Source: Protoeuglena noctilucae
Lineage: Eukaryota
NCBI GenBank assembly: GCA_958009085.1
Contig: OY253681.1
Location: 682,001-746,000 of the forward strand
Length of the DNA: 64,000 nucleotides
Reading direction: 5' to 3'
Shown here: piece after piece, positions 12,801 through 25,044 of the stretch
How the letters are laid out: every line of letters starts with the position of its first letter
Numbering within the stretch: the first letter of the stretch is position 1
Made by a program: the position numbers and the translations under genes
The notes under the pieces: model-generated
The model's input: only the letters and a program-made list of their open reading frames with translations
The model's database searches: none
Told to the model about the DNA's origin: nothing

Positions 12801-13776
12801 ACCTGCAGGGCGCTTGTTTGACAAGCTTCGTTCCTTTGCGTCATTACCAGCGAAGCAAAAGACGCAATACAGTTTGTGCCCTCCCGCCCCCGCAGTGAGG
12901 CGTTAAAGGGCCGCGGGATGAAGTACACGCTCCTGTGGCCGGAGAAGAGCGAGTTCGTGCGTGTGGCTGCCAAGTACAACGCGACGATCGTGCCCTTTGC
13001 GGCGGTGGGGGCCGAGGACTCTGTGGAGGTGGTGCTGGATGGGAAGGAGGTGCTGGGGCTGCCGTGGCTGGGGGAGCAGGTGAGGGGAGGGTGCCGGGGT
13101 GGTGGTGCGGGTGGCGGTGCGTGTGGGAAGATAGGTGAGAGGTGCTAGGTTTGCTGTTGCAGTTGGGGGTGGCAGGGTCGATGCAGCACGGCATGCTGAA
13201 GCATGTTGTTTGATAAGGCTAGCAGAGACTGGCCAGCACGCATAACTTGAAGGTAGCAAACGCCCTTTCCCACCCCTCATGACCACCTACAGCCCCTCGC
13301 TCCACCCACCCACACGCAGGCTCGGAAGCTGGCCCGCTCGGCCCCCCAGGCACGCCGGGGCGTGACGGCCCGCGTCAACGCTGCGACGGGGCAGCCAGAG
13401 GATGAGGACTTCCTCTCCCCCATCTTCGCCCCCAAGATCCCCGATCGCCTCTACTTCGTATTCCAGGAGCCCATCGCCGTCGACGCCGCGATGAGCGGGG
13501 ACCGGGAGGCTTGCGAGCAGGTGCGCTGCATATCGGTGTATCCGTGTTGGTTATGAAAGCATCTCAACCTGGTTGTCGGGTGCCGGTGGTGCGCATCGTG
13601 GTCTCAAGCGCATCCCGCAGGTGTACCGCCGGGTGCGCCGGTCGGTGGAGGACGGGATTCAGTATTTGCTGGATCGTCGCGAGATGGATCCGTACCGGGA
13701 CTTCACGAAGCGCATCGTGTACGAAGGGGCGCGGGGATTCCGCAGGGGACAGGAGGCGCCCACGTTTGAGCTGTGA
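9874..13776 (+). CDS. Esterase/lipase/thioesterase-acyltransferase (phytyl ester synthase PES/ELT-like: alpha/beta hydrolase + DAGAT domain); first exon and start codon not resolved
   Basis: The spliced product has PLLLFLPGIDG, the GESFG nucleophile elbow, LINPATSF and HAMLLE. The acyltransferase part has FGGNHQAPAID, VLLYPGGAREALK, EFVRVAAKYNATIVPFAAVGAEDS and the C-terminal DPYRDFTKRIVYE...PTFEL. An Arg/Ala-rich transit-like segment lies at 9875-9970. Confidence 0.88.
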
Positions 13777-13978
13777 GCGGTTGTCTTTTGCGTAGCGCTT
13801 GAGCATCGCCGGACTCTCTACGGACACTTCGGATCCATGTTGCACTGGCGCAAGTAGGGTTAGGTTGTGGCGCCTAGGCCCGCTTCAATCCCCACATTTC
13901 CGAGTCATCTGCGTCACTCCGGAGTGGGATGCTGCGCCGGGACGCGCGTGGCGGTCTGCATGCAGCCTCCCTGCACAG

Positions 13979-16900
13979 ATGGCTGACCCCCCTGAGCCCT
14001 CCGGCCCAGAGCCGGAGGCTAGCAATGCCGATGCCGTCGAGAGGATCGCGACAAACTCGTTTGGTGCATTGCTGATGCGCCAGGTGCAGGGGCGGAGCAG
14101 CCAGGAGGTGCCAAAGTCCGCGGTTGGTCTGAACGGGCCTCCCGGCGAGCCCACTGAAGCAAGCGAAGCCAGACCCTCTCTCGATACATCCCTGAAGTGA
14201 GCACTTCAACGTCACGTGCGGCATTCGTCGCTGCGAGTGGCTGTGCGGCTGTTGCCCATGTCATGAGCCCCTCGTGGTCCCGTCCGCAGGCATGGCGACG
14301 CTCGCGACGGCCGCGAGTCAGCGGAGCCCCCTTCACAGGTCGCCTACTTCCAGTATGGGCAGCAGCAGGTCGCCATCACGGTGGAGGTCCCCATAGAGCA
14401 CCCGCACGCTGAGAAGACGGCATCGGTGAGTGCAAACGAAGCGTGCATCGCGTTTTTTGTGGTCTGTCCGGCCGCCCTGTCAGCGCATGTCACTGGATGA
14501 CGAGTATTGCGCGCGATGGCGCGCGTACACATGCTGCACGTGCGCCCTCTCTCAGCGTCGCGGAAAGCCCCTGTTCCGCAGTTGGCGCAGCTGTTCGGTC
14601 AAGATAACGAAGACCCGCGTCCACAAAGCACGGACACCAGGTGCGAGACGGCTTGTGGGCGAAGGGACCCAACATCCTTTGCTGCGCCTGCGTTTTGTGA
14701 ACCTCGGCCCGTGCCATGCTTTCCTTCCACCCCAGGTCGAATGCAAGCTTCCACGGTCCATCGGCGCTCATGTCCGCGACGGCTCCCAGCCCCCCGCTAT
14801 CGCGCCACACCAGGTCTCCACTCACGCGCCCGAGCCACGACGCGCGGACTCCGCCCCGAGAGAAACTAGTCGTCACCGGAGATGCGGGCGCCAAGGAAGT
14901 TCCCGGCACTGGGGACCCCTCGGGCCATCGGGCCCCCCGCAACGCGCAGGAGACCGCATCCTTCCTGCCCCAGGTCTTGTGGGCCGGCAGCAACACCCCG
15001 GGCACGCCTGCGCCGATGTCTCCGCGGCGGAAGCAGAGTATGGCGCCCGCGGACATGGGCATGGCTTTGGCGGAGGCCGCGGAGGTCACGGCAGAGGACT
15101 CTGCAGCGGGCGGGGGCGGGGATGCCGAGATTCCAGACAACCCGGACGCCCCGTTCGCTGCCGAGACGACCATGCTGGAGGTCCTGGATGCGCTAGATGC
15201 GATCGCTCTTCGATTCGATGCGATCGAAAGGGACCCCCGGCTGCTCAAGAGCACAGAGCCCCCGCTGCCCCTGCGCCCGCCCGTGGTGCTGCCAAAGGTC
15301 GAGGAGCGGCAGAAGCCGAAGCCGGTGAGAGCCGCAGTTGATTCGGAGTATTGTGTGGGAGGAGTTGCAGGGGGCCTCGCGGCAATCGGCGACTTACACA
15401 GCCCTGCGCGTCTGCCAACTCGTGTGCATGCCAGGCTCAGTGGCTCAGTTGTGCGCATGTGGCCAGTCCGAGCTGCCCTCTTGTCACCGACCACCTGCGA
15501 CTGTCGTTTCTCTCGCGCAGATCAGGCGTGTGGAGGATTTGGGAATCCCTTCGGAGCTCATTGAGGCCGAGGACCCCTGGCGCCTCCCGCGGCCCCTGAA
15601 CTTCGACCCCGCGGCCGTCCACGCGGCGGCGGCCTCCCAGTGGCTCCGCGGGGGCTTCGACTGGCAGCTGCACGCGTACATGCTCGACCGCCTGACCACG
15701 GTGAGTATCTGGGTGAATGCAGGACGTCGTGCATCAAGGCTGGGAGACGGCAGTAGTGTTTGTGGTTAGTAACCACAAACACTGCCATGCATTGGAAGTG
15801 CAGCTTTAACTCCCCCGCCCGTCCCCTCCCCGCAGCCGGACATGGTGGGCATGGTGCTGGCGTTGTTCTGGGCGGTTCACGCCGCGCACTTCTACGCCAG
15901 GTCGGACGCGCACGCGGGGTCCGCGGCGCAGCGCGCGTGCTTCCGGGCATTCGTCCACTTGTACGCGTGGCGGCTGCTGGGTTTCGTGGATCGGGCGCAG
16001 GCGCCCACCGTTAAGGCGAGGCTCAGGCGGGCGTGGGATGGCAGAGCGTGACTGCTGCTGCATGGGTGGTGACGCAGAGACGGCGTTGGGGAGGGCAGCA
16101 CAGGGGGCATCCATTTCATCGCTGGTTGATGCGACGCTGGGCTGCCTGTCACGAGCCACTCGGCGATGGGTTCTGTATCGCCAACGCTGCGTCATGCCTC
16201 TGTTCTCGAAATCGTATCTTCACACGTGGCATGACAGACCTATCCCTGGCAACCTCAATCAACCTCAATCCACCTACCCTGGATCGCAGGAGCGCTACGT
16301 GGAGGACTCACTGGCGCAGTGCCTGGCCAACTCAACAGTGGAGTTCTTTCGCACCGCCTTCCCCCTCAGCCAGCACCGGTTCAACAAACAGTTCGCCGAA
16401 GCCAGTAAGTATTGGAATATACATAGATGTGGGTGCTGTTGGTACTGCTGTTGCACGGGCTTTGGAGCGCTCACTCACTGAGTCGACCATGCCTGTCGTA
16501 CACCACACGCATCCGCTCTTCCCACTCATCACTCCGCCCCTGACCGCGTCATGTTGGGTCACCGTCGCATACGCCGCTCCTCGCCCGCAGTCGCCCGGCA
16601 GGTGGCGGCGTGGATGTCCGGCGGTCTGCCACAGCACACGCACCCGGTGCTGCCTCCGTCGGGAGCGACCACAGGGCGCCCTGCATCAGCCCACGCACCC
16701 CGCGACGGACTCATCGCTGCGCCCGTCGCGCCTGCGGTTGCGGCGCCCCAGCCGAGAGCCGGGGCAGGTCGCAACGCCGACGCTCACACCGTGCCGCCCC
16801 GCGCCCACCAGCTCCCTCACCCGGGTGCCGAGGCTGCGGTCCCAAACGCGGCGCATTCCGGCAGTCCGCGCCCTACGTTGGCGTCTCCGAGCAGGCGGAG

Positions 16901-19900
16901 CGTCCTGGACATCCCGGGCGCACACGGGGCGGCCGTGCGGGTACGGCCCTCCACACGCCGCCATGTCGAGGCGCACCCGCCGCCGGTCCCCTTCTCCCGC
17001 CAGCCCGCCGCGGACCTCGCCGCCACCGCCGGCGCAGCGGCGGGCAGGTCCGCGCCGCCCACGGTGCAGGCGTCCGGGTCGTCGATTGCGCTCGCGCCCC
17101 CGGGGCTGAACATGGGCCTGCACGGTCCCAGTAACTTCAGTGAGGTGTTCGGCAAGGCCCCGGGAGGGGCGCATGCGGGGTCTTCACACGCGGGGCTGCG
17201 TCAGGAGGGCGCTGGTGGCGCCAGTCAGGCCATGAGTCGGGTGCTGGGTCAGGGGGCGGACGCCAGTGCGCACGACCGCCCGCCGGTAATTTCCCTCAAC
17301 GAGCTGCTCGGCCTACCTCCCAAGCCCCCCCGGGGCTCTGAGGGACCCGACGGCGTCCCTGGTGTGGGGACTGGCGGCCGTGGGGTCGAGCGGTGAGAGA
17401 CGCACGTTGTGCATAGTGGCACGATGCGACTTGTGGCTTATCACTGTATGTCATGAGTGCCTGAGATGTGATGCGGCATGTGCGATATGGCTACCCATGA
17501 ACACCACATGGCTTCTGAGCCAGCTTGGTATCTAACGTGACCGTCATTCGACATACCGTCATCAACCGCATGCCCCCTCTGCCATGCGCAGGGCTGCCCC
17601 CGCGTCCGGCCACCGCCCCGCCAGCGCCGCGCCGTCAGCAGCGTCCGAGGTCTCTTCGGGGCTGGCTGAGGCCCACCCGGGCTTCGCGCTGCTCCGGGAG
17701 GTGTTGGGACGGCGCCGGCAGCGGGAGCAGGGCGCGGCAGCCGCGCAGGCGCACGCCGAGGTGAGACCCGAGACGCGAGACGCAAAAAGACGTTCTCGCA
17801 CCACCCAGGCTCGAACACGCGACCTCCAGGGACCAAAGGAAGCACCTTGTGCGACACCCGCAGGCGGAGGCGGAGGCACAGCGTCTGAGGGAAGCCGAGG
17901 AGCAAACACTGCGCGGGAGCCAGGCAGCGGGGCCTTCCTCCCAAACCAAGACCTTCCAGGGACAGGGCATGTGGGCGAAGAAGAAGTGGGGCAAGGTGCT
18001 GGGGCGTGGGAAGGGCGCGGGTGCTTCGCCGGAGTCGAGTCGAGACCGCCTGTCATCTGTGGGCAATGAGGACAGCGCACGAGCTTTAGGGGTGGGAGTG
18101 GCGGACGTCTGGCTTACCAAGCTGCCGGCTCAGGCGGGCGGGGAAAGAAAGGCCGAGGAGACTGGGCCGGTAGTGGAGGAGGGGACGGCGGGGGCGGATG
18201 GGGCAGGGAGGGTCGGGGTGGTGCCGGGGGTAGCGCCAGCGTCGCAGAGGACTGGGGACGGAGCGGAGGGCGGGGTTGGCGATGGGGAGGGGGCGGGGAC
18301 GGAAGACGACCGAGAGGGTGGTGCTGGGGCAGGGGCGGTGGCGGCCACTGGGGTGGCAGCTGCTGGGGCTGGGGCAAGCAAGGGGCCTGGGGTGCTGGGA
18401 GCTCAGATGGGCATGGGCGGCGGCGTGGGTGGCCTGGCTGCGAAGGCGAGCGGTGGGGCTGGCAAGGCGACGTCGGGCGCCGTCAGCCCAGAGGGCGCAG
18501 TGGGGCGTATGCAGGAGGGTGGGCAGGTGGCGAGTCCGGGCCCTCGCGAGTCCGATGGATTGGCTGGGGAAGGCCCGCGGTCGTCGGAGGGTGCGGGGGT
18601 GGAGGGCGAGGGGGACACAGGCGTGGGGTTGGAACGCACCGACCGTGCTCGACGCATCATGGAGGCCTTCTTGGGGATCATCGGGGAGCGCAGCGGGGCG
18701 ACGGTGGGCGGGGAGGGTGCGGAGGGTGGCGGGGAGGGCGAGGGGGAGGCAGGAGACGTGGCATATGACGGGAGCTTCGGGTTGGAGGCGGTGGCGGGGG
18801 CGGTGGGAGGCGGCGCGCTGTTCCGCCACACGCACCCGTCGCCGGCGCTGGCTGCGTTTCTGCGCGAGAAGGGCGCTGCGGATCCCGAGATGGCCCTGGC
18901 GGCGGGTCTGAGGAAGCGAACGGTGGGGTCCACCCACCGCCATGTCAAGGCGGCCCGACGCGTAGAGGACCTGAGGGCCGAGGCCAAGCGGCAGGTGAGG
19001 CATATTCGAAGCGCAGAGAGAGAATGCGGTGGCGTGACTCTGAAAACATGGTTTGGGAAGCATGGAGGGGGTGTGTGGGGTTCTGATGCTTCCAGTGTGT
19101 GGGAAGCGTGACTGGGTGCATCACCTGGTCATGAGTGCATGCCTATGCTGAGTTCGATTGCCGGTTTCTATTCCGACATGTTAAGTACCGTCATGCATGC
19201 AGTTGGGGGAGGGTGGGGTGCCCGACCGAGTGGATTTGGTGAAGGTGGCGCGGGGGCTGGTGGCGGAGGCGGGGGCGGTGGTGCGGGAGCACCGCGCGGC
19301 CATGAAGAAGGAAATGGAGGCGCTGAGAGAGGTGAGGATCGCGAATGAAAGCAGGTAGAGCGTGGGGTGTGAAGTGAGTGGGGAGATGGCGGTGTGGGAC
19401 GGGGTGGGACCGGTGCCGGCACTCCATCCCCATACCTATGGGGTGTCCATTTGTTTCGGTATCGAAATTTGCGATTATCTGAATGCATTTCCTCTGCGGT
19501 GCACGCAGCTGGAGAAGCGTGGGATCGCGGAGAGCCGGGAGATGGAGGCGGCGCTGGAGAAGGTGCGGCAAAGCAAGCGTGCGGCCGCGGCGGCGTACGA
19601 CAGCGCCGTCGCGTCGCCGATCCCGGGCACCGGCGGGGTGACGGTCGCCGACATCCACGCGCTGTCCAAGGGGCCGCCGGTGCCGCATCGCGGCGGGGCT
19701 GCAGGTGGTGAGCGATTGGAGAGGCTTTGCGTGCGGGCGTGTTTGCTGAAGGTGTACCCTGCGCACCCACGCCCGTCTTCTACCTTGCACGCGCGAAGAC
19801 GCTATGCAAACGCAACCAACTCATCGGTCTTCGCAGGCGCTGCGTCCCCTCATCGCACGCGCATCGACCGCTATGCTCTGCGCAACGGGCCCAAGCGTCC

Positions 19901-20156
19901 GACGCTGCTGATGCGCGATCGACTGGAAAAGGAGATCCGGCAGTCGGGGGTCGTGGTCGGCGGGCCAATGGGGACGTTTGACACGGACACGTTCGACTTG
20001 GCGGCCACCACGCTCGCGGTCATGCAGCGGGAGGAGCGCCAGCCGAGGATCAAGCCGGGCGAGGGATACCACCGGTACAAGGCCGGGACGGCGATGGCGG
20101 CTACAGGGAAGCAGTTCCGCATGATCGTCAGCAGCTTCCAGGGGCTGGGGCAGTGA
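13979..20156 (+). CDS. FAM227/FWWh-domain-like protein with long low-complexity regions; N-terminal exon structure uncertain
   Basis: The spliced core (15521-16625) reads LALFWAVHAAHFY...QRACFRAFVHLY...LAQCLANSTVEFFRTAFPLSQHRFNKQFAEAIARQVAAWMSG. This matches my recollection of the FAM227 pattern (FWW...F...Y...LxxxxYxxFxxxFPxS...WxSG). The remaining exons are Gly/Ala/Pro-rich or coiled-coil. Confidence 0.6.
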
Positions 20157-20732
20157 TGGGACAGAAGTTATCCCAGCGCCGCACGAATGGTTTTCTTTGC
20201 CGCAGACTTGCTTCTCTGATCGCACTTGAAGCTGTGCCGGGCAGTCAGTCGGGCTTGCAGCCTCGTCACCCGTCACCCGGTACACACATGCGGCAGACCG
20301 GGGGCCGGCCCCGCGAGAGAAGGGCTCCCCGTCCTCGCGAGGCATGAAAGCATGCGGTCGGTTCAACCCTGCGACGCCACGCAGGTGCAGCGACCCGACG
20401 CGACGGACGACAGGTGCAGGTGCTCACTCGCCCTTTCCGCCCAGCGAAGCCGACTCGGGGGAGGTCGCCCAAGCATCAACTTCATCCAGACGGACTCGAC
20501 TGCGGAAGTCCACTTCGCTGTTCCTGTGAGCGCCGCGATGCGCAGCGGGCCGCGCCGGTCGGCTGCCCAAGGTATTCGTTCGAGGATGCCTCGCGCGGCT
20601 GCGGCCGCTACAACGCGTTTCTGCGGCCGCTATGATCTGTTTTATTGCGATTGCGTTCCTTGCACGCGACGCATGGCGCGGACACCGACCCGCTCGTCCA
20701 TCCCGGGCCCATCGACCCTGATCCCAGAGGCC

Positions 20733-23700
20733 ATGCCGATGATGCGCTGGGCCGCCCGGGCGGCCGTCCTAGCCGCCTGTGCGGGCTTTTACGGTCTCTG
20801 CTCGAGCGTGGGCGCCTCCTCGGCCCTCGACAGCGTCACGGAGGTGAGCGGGCCTAGCGCCGACGCGTAGCACACTGCCCTGCCCGTGCGCATCGCAGCG
20901 CGTCCCTGCGCCTCATGACTCCAGCAGCAGTATATGTTATACCCTATACGCATCTATTCAGCCGCTGCATCGCCCATATATCGCTCACCGGGCTGTAAAC
21001 GCTCACGCAGGTGCGCGCCCGTGCAATGCTGCAGCAGACGCCCACCATGAACGCCGCCCCCGGTCAGGGCGTGCCCGCCGGTCAGGGCGTGCCCGCCGGT
21101 CAGGGCATGCCTGCCGGTCAGGGCATGGGTGGAGCGGGCATGCCCGCGCCTCCGGGCGCCCCTGGCATGCTGGGGCCGGGCACGAAGCCCAAGCAGCCAG
21201 CGGGGCCCCCCGTCGTCGTGCTCTACACCATCGTGTCCTTCCCAGCGGCGGGCGATACTGACAAGTGAGGCCAGCACTGTCACATCTGAACTCTGTTGAA
21301 ATGAGCTGCCTTTTGGGTTGCCCAGCATGCCACCATGCAGAGTCGCTTCTCGCATACGAGTCGAGCAATGCTCCGCACCCACCTGCCACCTCGCTACCTC
21401 CCCAGGGTCGTCATCCGCAACGAGGGAGGGTCCATGGCGGACCTCACGGGCTGGACCCTGAAGAGCAGCAGCGCCTCGGCTGGCGTCCTCACCATCGGCC
21501 AGCCCGACGGATGCCAGGGCCTGGCCAAGGTCCAGCGTGAGTGCATGTGTGGACGTCTGCAGCGCAGCGGGTTTGCCAGGAAAGATGCATGTGTACTACA
21601 CCAGTCATGCTTCCACCTGCGCCCGGCACCGGGCGCCATGCACCGCCACAGCCACAGCCACGCATCCCACGCCATGTCTATCCCTTGCCCCACCCCCGCA
21701 GCCGGCAACGACCTGACGCTGACGCCCCAGACGAGCACCAACCCGTGCGGCTTCCCGTTCCCGGTGTCCTTCCAGGACTCCCTGGTCCTGGCGGACCCCA
21801 GCGTGAGTTGCATCGCACGACATAGCACAGCACGTATCGCTACCGTCACCCACCACTGCCCACGCCCTCACGTGCACCGACCTGCGACATGTGATGAACG
21901 CTAGCAACTTTCTCATTCTCCATTCCCTGCATCTTTAGTGCCATCCTCGGCTGCACCGTACTTTGCGCCGCTCAGACCATGCGCTGTGCGTCGCCCGCCC
22001 CACCTACGCTCAGCCAACCCGCACCCATCTCCCCACCCCCGCAGGGCAAGACGGTCTCCGAGGTCTCTTGGAAGCAGTCCCAGCAGGGCTCTGCGATCCA
22101 GCTCTTCCCCGACAACTCTTACCACCTCGTCCAGGTCTCTGGCACGGTCCTCGACACGCTCAAGAGCGCGGGCGTGTTCAACTACTTCCTGCAGGCCCTG
22201 CAGGCGACGCAGCTGGAGGACCAACTCAAGGCCGCCACGGATCCCAACTTCAAGGGATCGATCGTGCCTCTCGTGGAGGGGCAGGACACCGGGCCTATCG
22301 TGCCCAACTTCCCCTGGTGAGCGAGAGCGTGGGTGTGGTAGGGTACGAGGGGTGCTGGTCTGATGGGATGTTACTGAGTTTGCATCGAGTGGTTGCTAGG
22401 ACTCCCCGCGGTGCGATGGGATGTAAGTGCAATGGGACAGCACGTTACGCGTGTGGGGCGAGTGGCTGCGGCGTGCTGTGCGATGCAAGACGGCATTCAC
22501 TGACCGCCCATCCCACGCCTCTTCCCCCCGCAGGTGGTTCGGGTTCCAGAGTGACCAGGTGAGATCCGCTGAGCAGCAAGCTCAGAGTAAGTCCACAAGG
22601 CAAGCATAGCAACCGTGGCCTGTCTGCCGAGAGAGCCGGTCAGCGCATGCAGACCGACGCCCTCCCTTGCTCATGATATGATCAAGCACTCCCCACCTAC
22701 CTTCGCTACCCTTACCCGATATGACTCCCTCCCTTATGTCCCACTCGCAGCCCATCAACCCGGTGCCCCCGGCCCAGCAGCAGCAGCAGGACAAGCCCCG
22801 GGTGGTGGGTATCCCCAAGCAGGGACCCTACACCATCTTCGCACCCACCGACTCCGCATTCGAGCAAATGCTCCAGGCGAGGTTGCGTTCGCGTGTTTGT
22901 GTTTGGTTACCGAATGCATAGCTGCCGCTCAGATAGCGCCACCCGCCCGCCTCATAGCTCACCACTGCTCAGCCCCGCACAGCAGACGGCACCAGTGGCA
23001 TACAAACAACCTTGCAATCGCGCACCGTTCCCGCTTGCACCCTCTCCCCAACCACATGCACCCACACCCGCCCTGTCATGTCACCCTCTCACCACACCCT
23101 CACACGTCGCTTCACCTGCCCCTCACAGGACCTGGGCGGCTTCCACGGCCCCCTCCCCAAGGAGGTCCTCTTCAAGCTGCCTGAGCTGAAGGACATTCTG
23201 CTCTACCACATCGTCCCCGGTCTTTACGACACGACCCTCCTCATCGACAGCGCCACGTACCCCACCTGCATGAAGTCGGACATCGTCGTCGATCGCGTCA
23301 ACGGCAAGGTGTGATGCTGGTTTGCGATTGGACACGACTGTATCTGGCAATGCGTCTCACGCTTGGGTGCCATCTTGGCTGGCATCGCTAGCATTAGACT
23401 CGACTGGGGCATGACACATGACGTGGGCTGGCATCTGGCAGTCCCTCAGTACCTGGCCGCCCCACTAGCGCAGCGCGTGTCGCAATGTCGCAACCAGTTT
23501 CGTGTCCCTCACCCTCTCTCGCAGATCCAGCTGGACGACGCTTGCGTGGACCGCCCCACCCCCGACGGCTTCACGTGCAAGGACCAGAGGGACTTCGGGG
23601 CCTGCCTGCAGCCCTTCATGACCAACCCCGCCCCCGACTGGCCCGCGGGCTACTGCCAGAAGACCTGCCAGCGCTGCACGTGCGACAAGCAGGCGAGGGA

Positions 23701-24488
23701 CGGGCCTGGGATGCGTGTCGACCGGTGCTCTGCCAGTGCTGCAGTGCGGCAACTACTGCGGTGTGCCAACCCTGCGTTATCGCATGCGACGTGGAGCACC
23801 GCACAACCAACTCCACGGACACTGTGGCACCTATGCACCCGTGCAAGTCCCATGTCTCTCTCGCACTCTCTTGGTCATGTCTCTCGCACTCGCTTATCCA
23901 CCTCTTCTCTCATATTCCCCCAGGTCTCTTGCGGCCTCGTCACCATGCCCGACCTCGAGGCCCAGAACGGCATCGTCCACGGCATTGCCCGCGTCCTCTA
24001 CCCGCCCCCGACCTTCCCCAAGGTCGCGCCGGGCGTCACGCCGCCCATCAACCCCTCAGGTGAGACATGGAGCAGCGGTGTGTGACGCTAACGCACTTAT
24101 GAGAGGGGGACTGATTGGCATGATCATACTGCACCGCATGGCTACCATGACCGCCCCACCACTTGCACCCCACCCCCGCATTCCCATCCCACCCCACCAC
24201 TCCCACTCCCCCCCATCCTACTCCCCCCTTCCACCCCACCTCACCCACCGCACCCCACCCTTCTCCCTCTCTCCCGCAGCCCCTGGCAACCAGAGCGCCC
24301 CCGGTGCCGGCCCCGCCCCTGCCATGGCCCCCATGTCCAACGCAAGTGTTGAGGACCTACTCAAGCTGCTGCCGGGAAGCGGGCAGGCACCTGCTGCTGG
24401 AGCTGACCAGACGCAGGGCGCGGCGCAGGCCCCGACGCAGGAAGCGCCGCCCAAGATCGCGGCGGCGTCGGGGCCGGCGAGCCCGTGA
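20733..24488 (+). CDS. Secreted protein: signal peptide, PAGQG repeats, lamin-tail(LTD)-like domain, fasciclin (FAS1) domain with an internal Cys-rich insert, Pro/Ala tail
   Basis: The N-terminus is hydrophobic (RWAARAAVLAACAGFYGLC). The LTD-like part reads VVIRNEGGSMADLTGWTL...DSLVLADPSGKTVSEVSW. FAS1 motifs are GPYTIFAPTDSAF, LKDILLYHIVPG and PDLEAQNGIVHGIARVLYP. Includes a 25-nt microexon (22534-22558) and two GC-AG introns. Confidence 0.85.
21058..21128 (+). repeat. Coding 18-bp tandem repeat (PAGQG[V/M]), about 4 copies
   Basis: cccgccggtcagggcgtg-type units are repeated in frame. Confidence 0.9.
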
Positions 24489-25044
24489 GCAAGCGCGAGA
24501 GGGGCGCGAGGGCAGGTCATGGTGTATGGCGGCTGTGGTGCGGGCGAGGGGCGCGTGAGAGTCCCTAACAACGATCGCCCGGCATGGCCGCCCCACTAGT
24601 CGCTCTCGAGGCCCTCTGTGGTTGTTTATTGAGCCCACCACCGTGAGTGTGGGCGGCTGCGCGCGTGCTGCTGCGTCTGGCTGCTATTGGGAACTGCCAT
24701 TGAAGCTCGCAAGCTATCGGCAACTCAAGACGCTCACATTCAATATGACCACCTTTGAGGTGGTCAGCTAAGCTCAGCGCGCTGGGCAAGCACAGGCACT
24801 CAACAGCTCAGAGCGAATGCGCCCCAGCGCAGGTCCGTCATGTCATGACTGAGGTTGTTATGACTCAATCCAACCACTGCGCAACCACCAGCATGACTGC
24901 GCGCAATGTTGCTCTCTCCCTCACTGCACCCCTTCCCCCACTGCACTGACCCCCCCACTGTGCATGCCTCCAATGCCTGCCCCCAGTCCCTCACTGCATT
25001 CCTAACCCCACTCGCTCCACTGTGCACACCCCCAAGCCTGCCCA

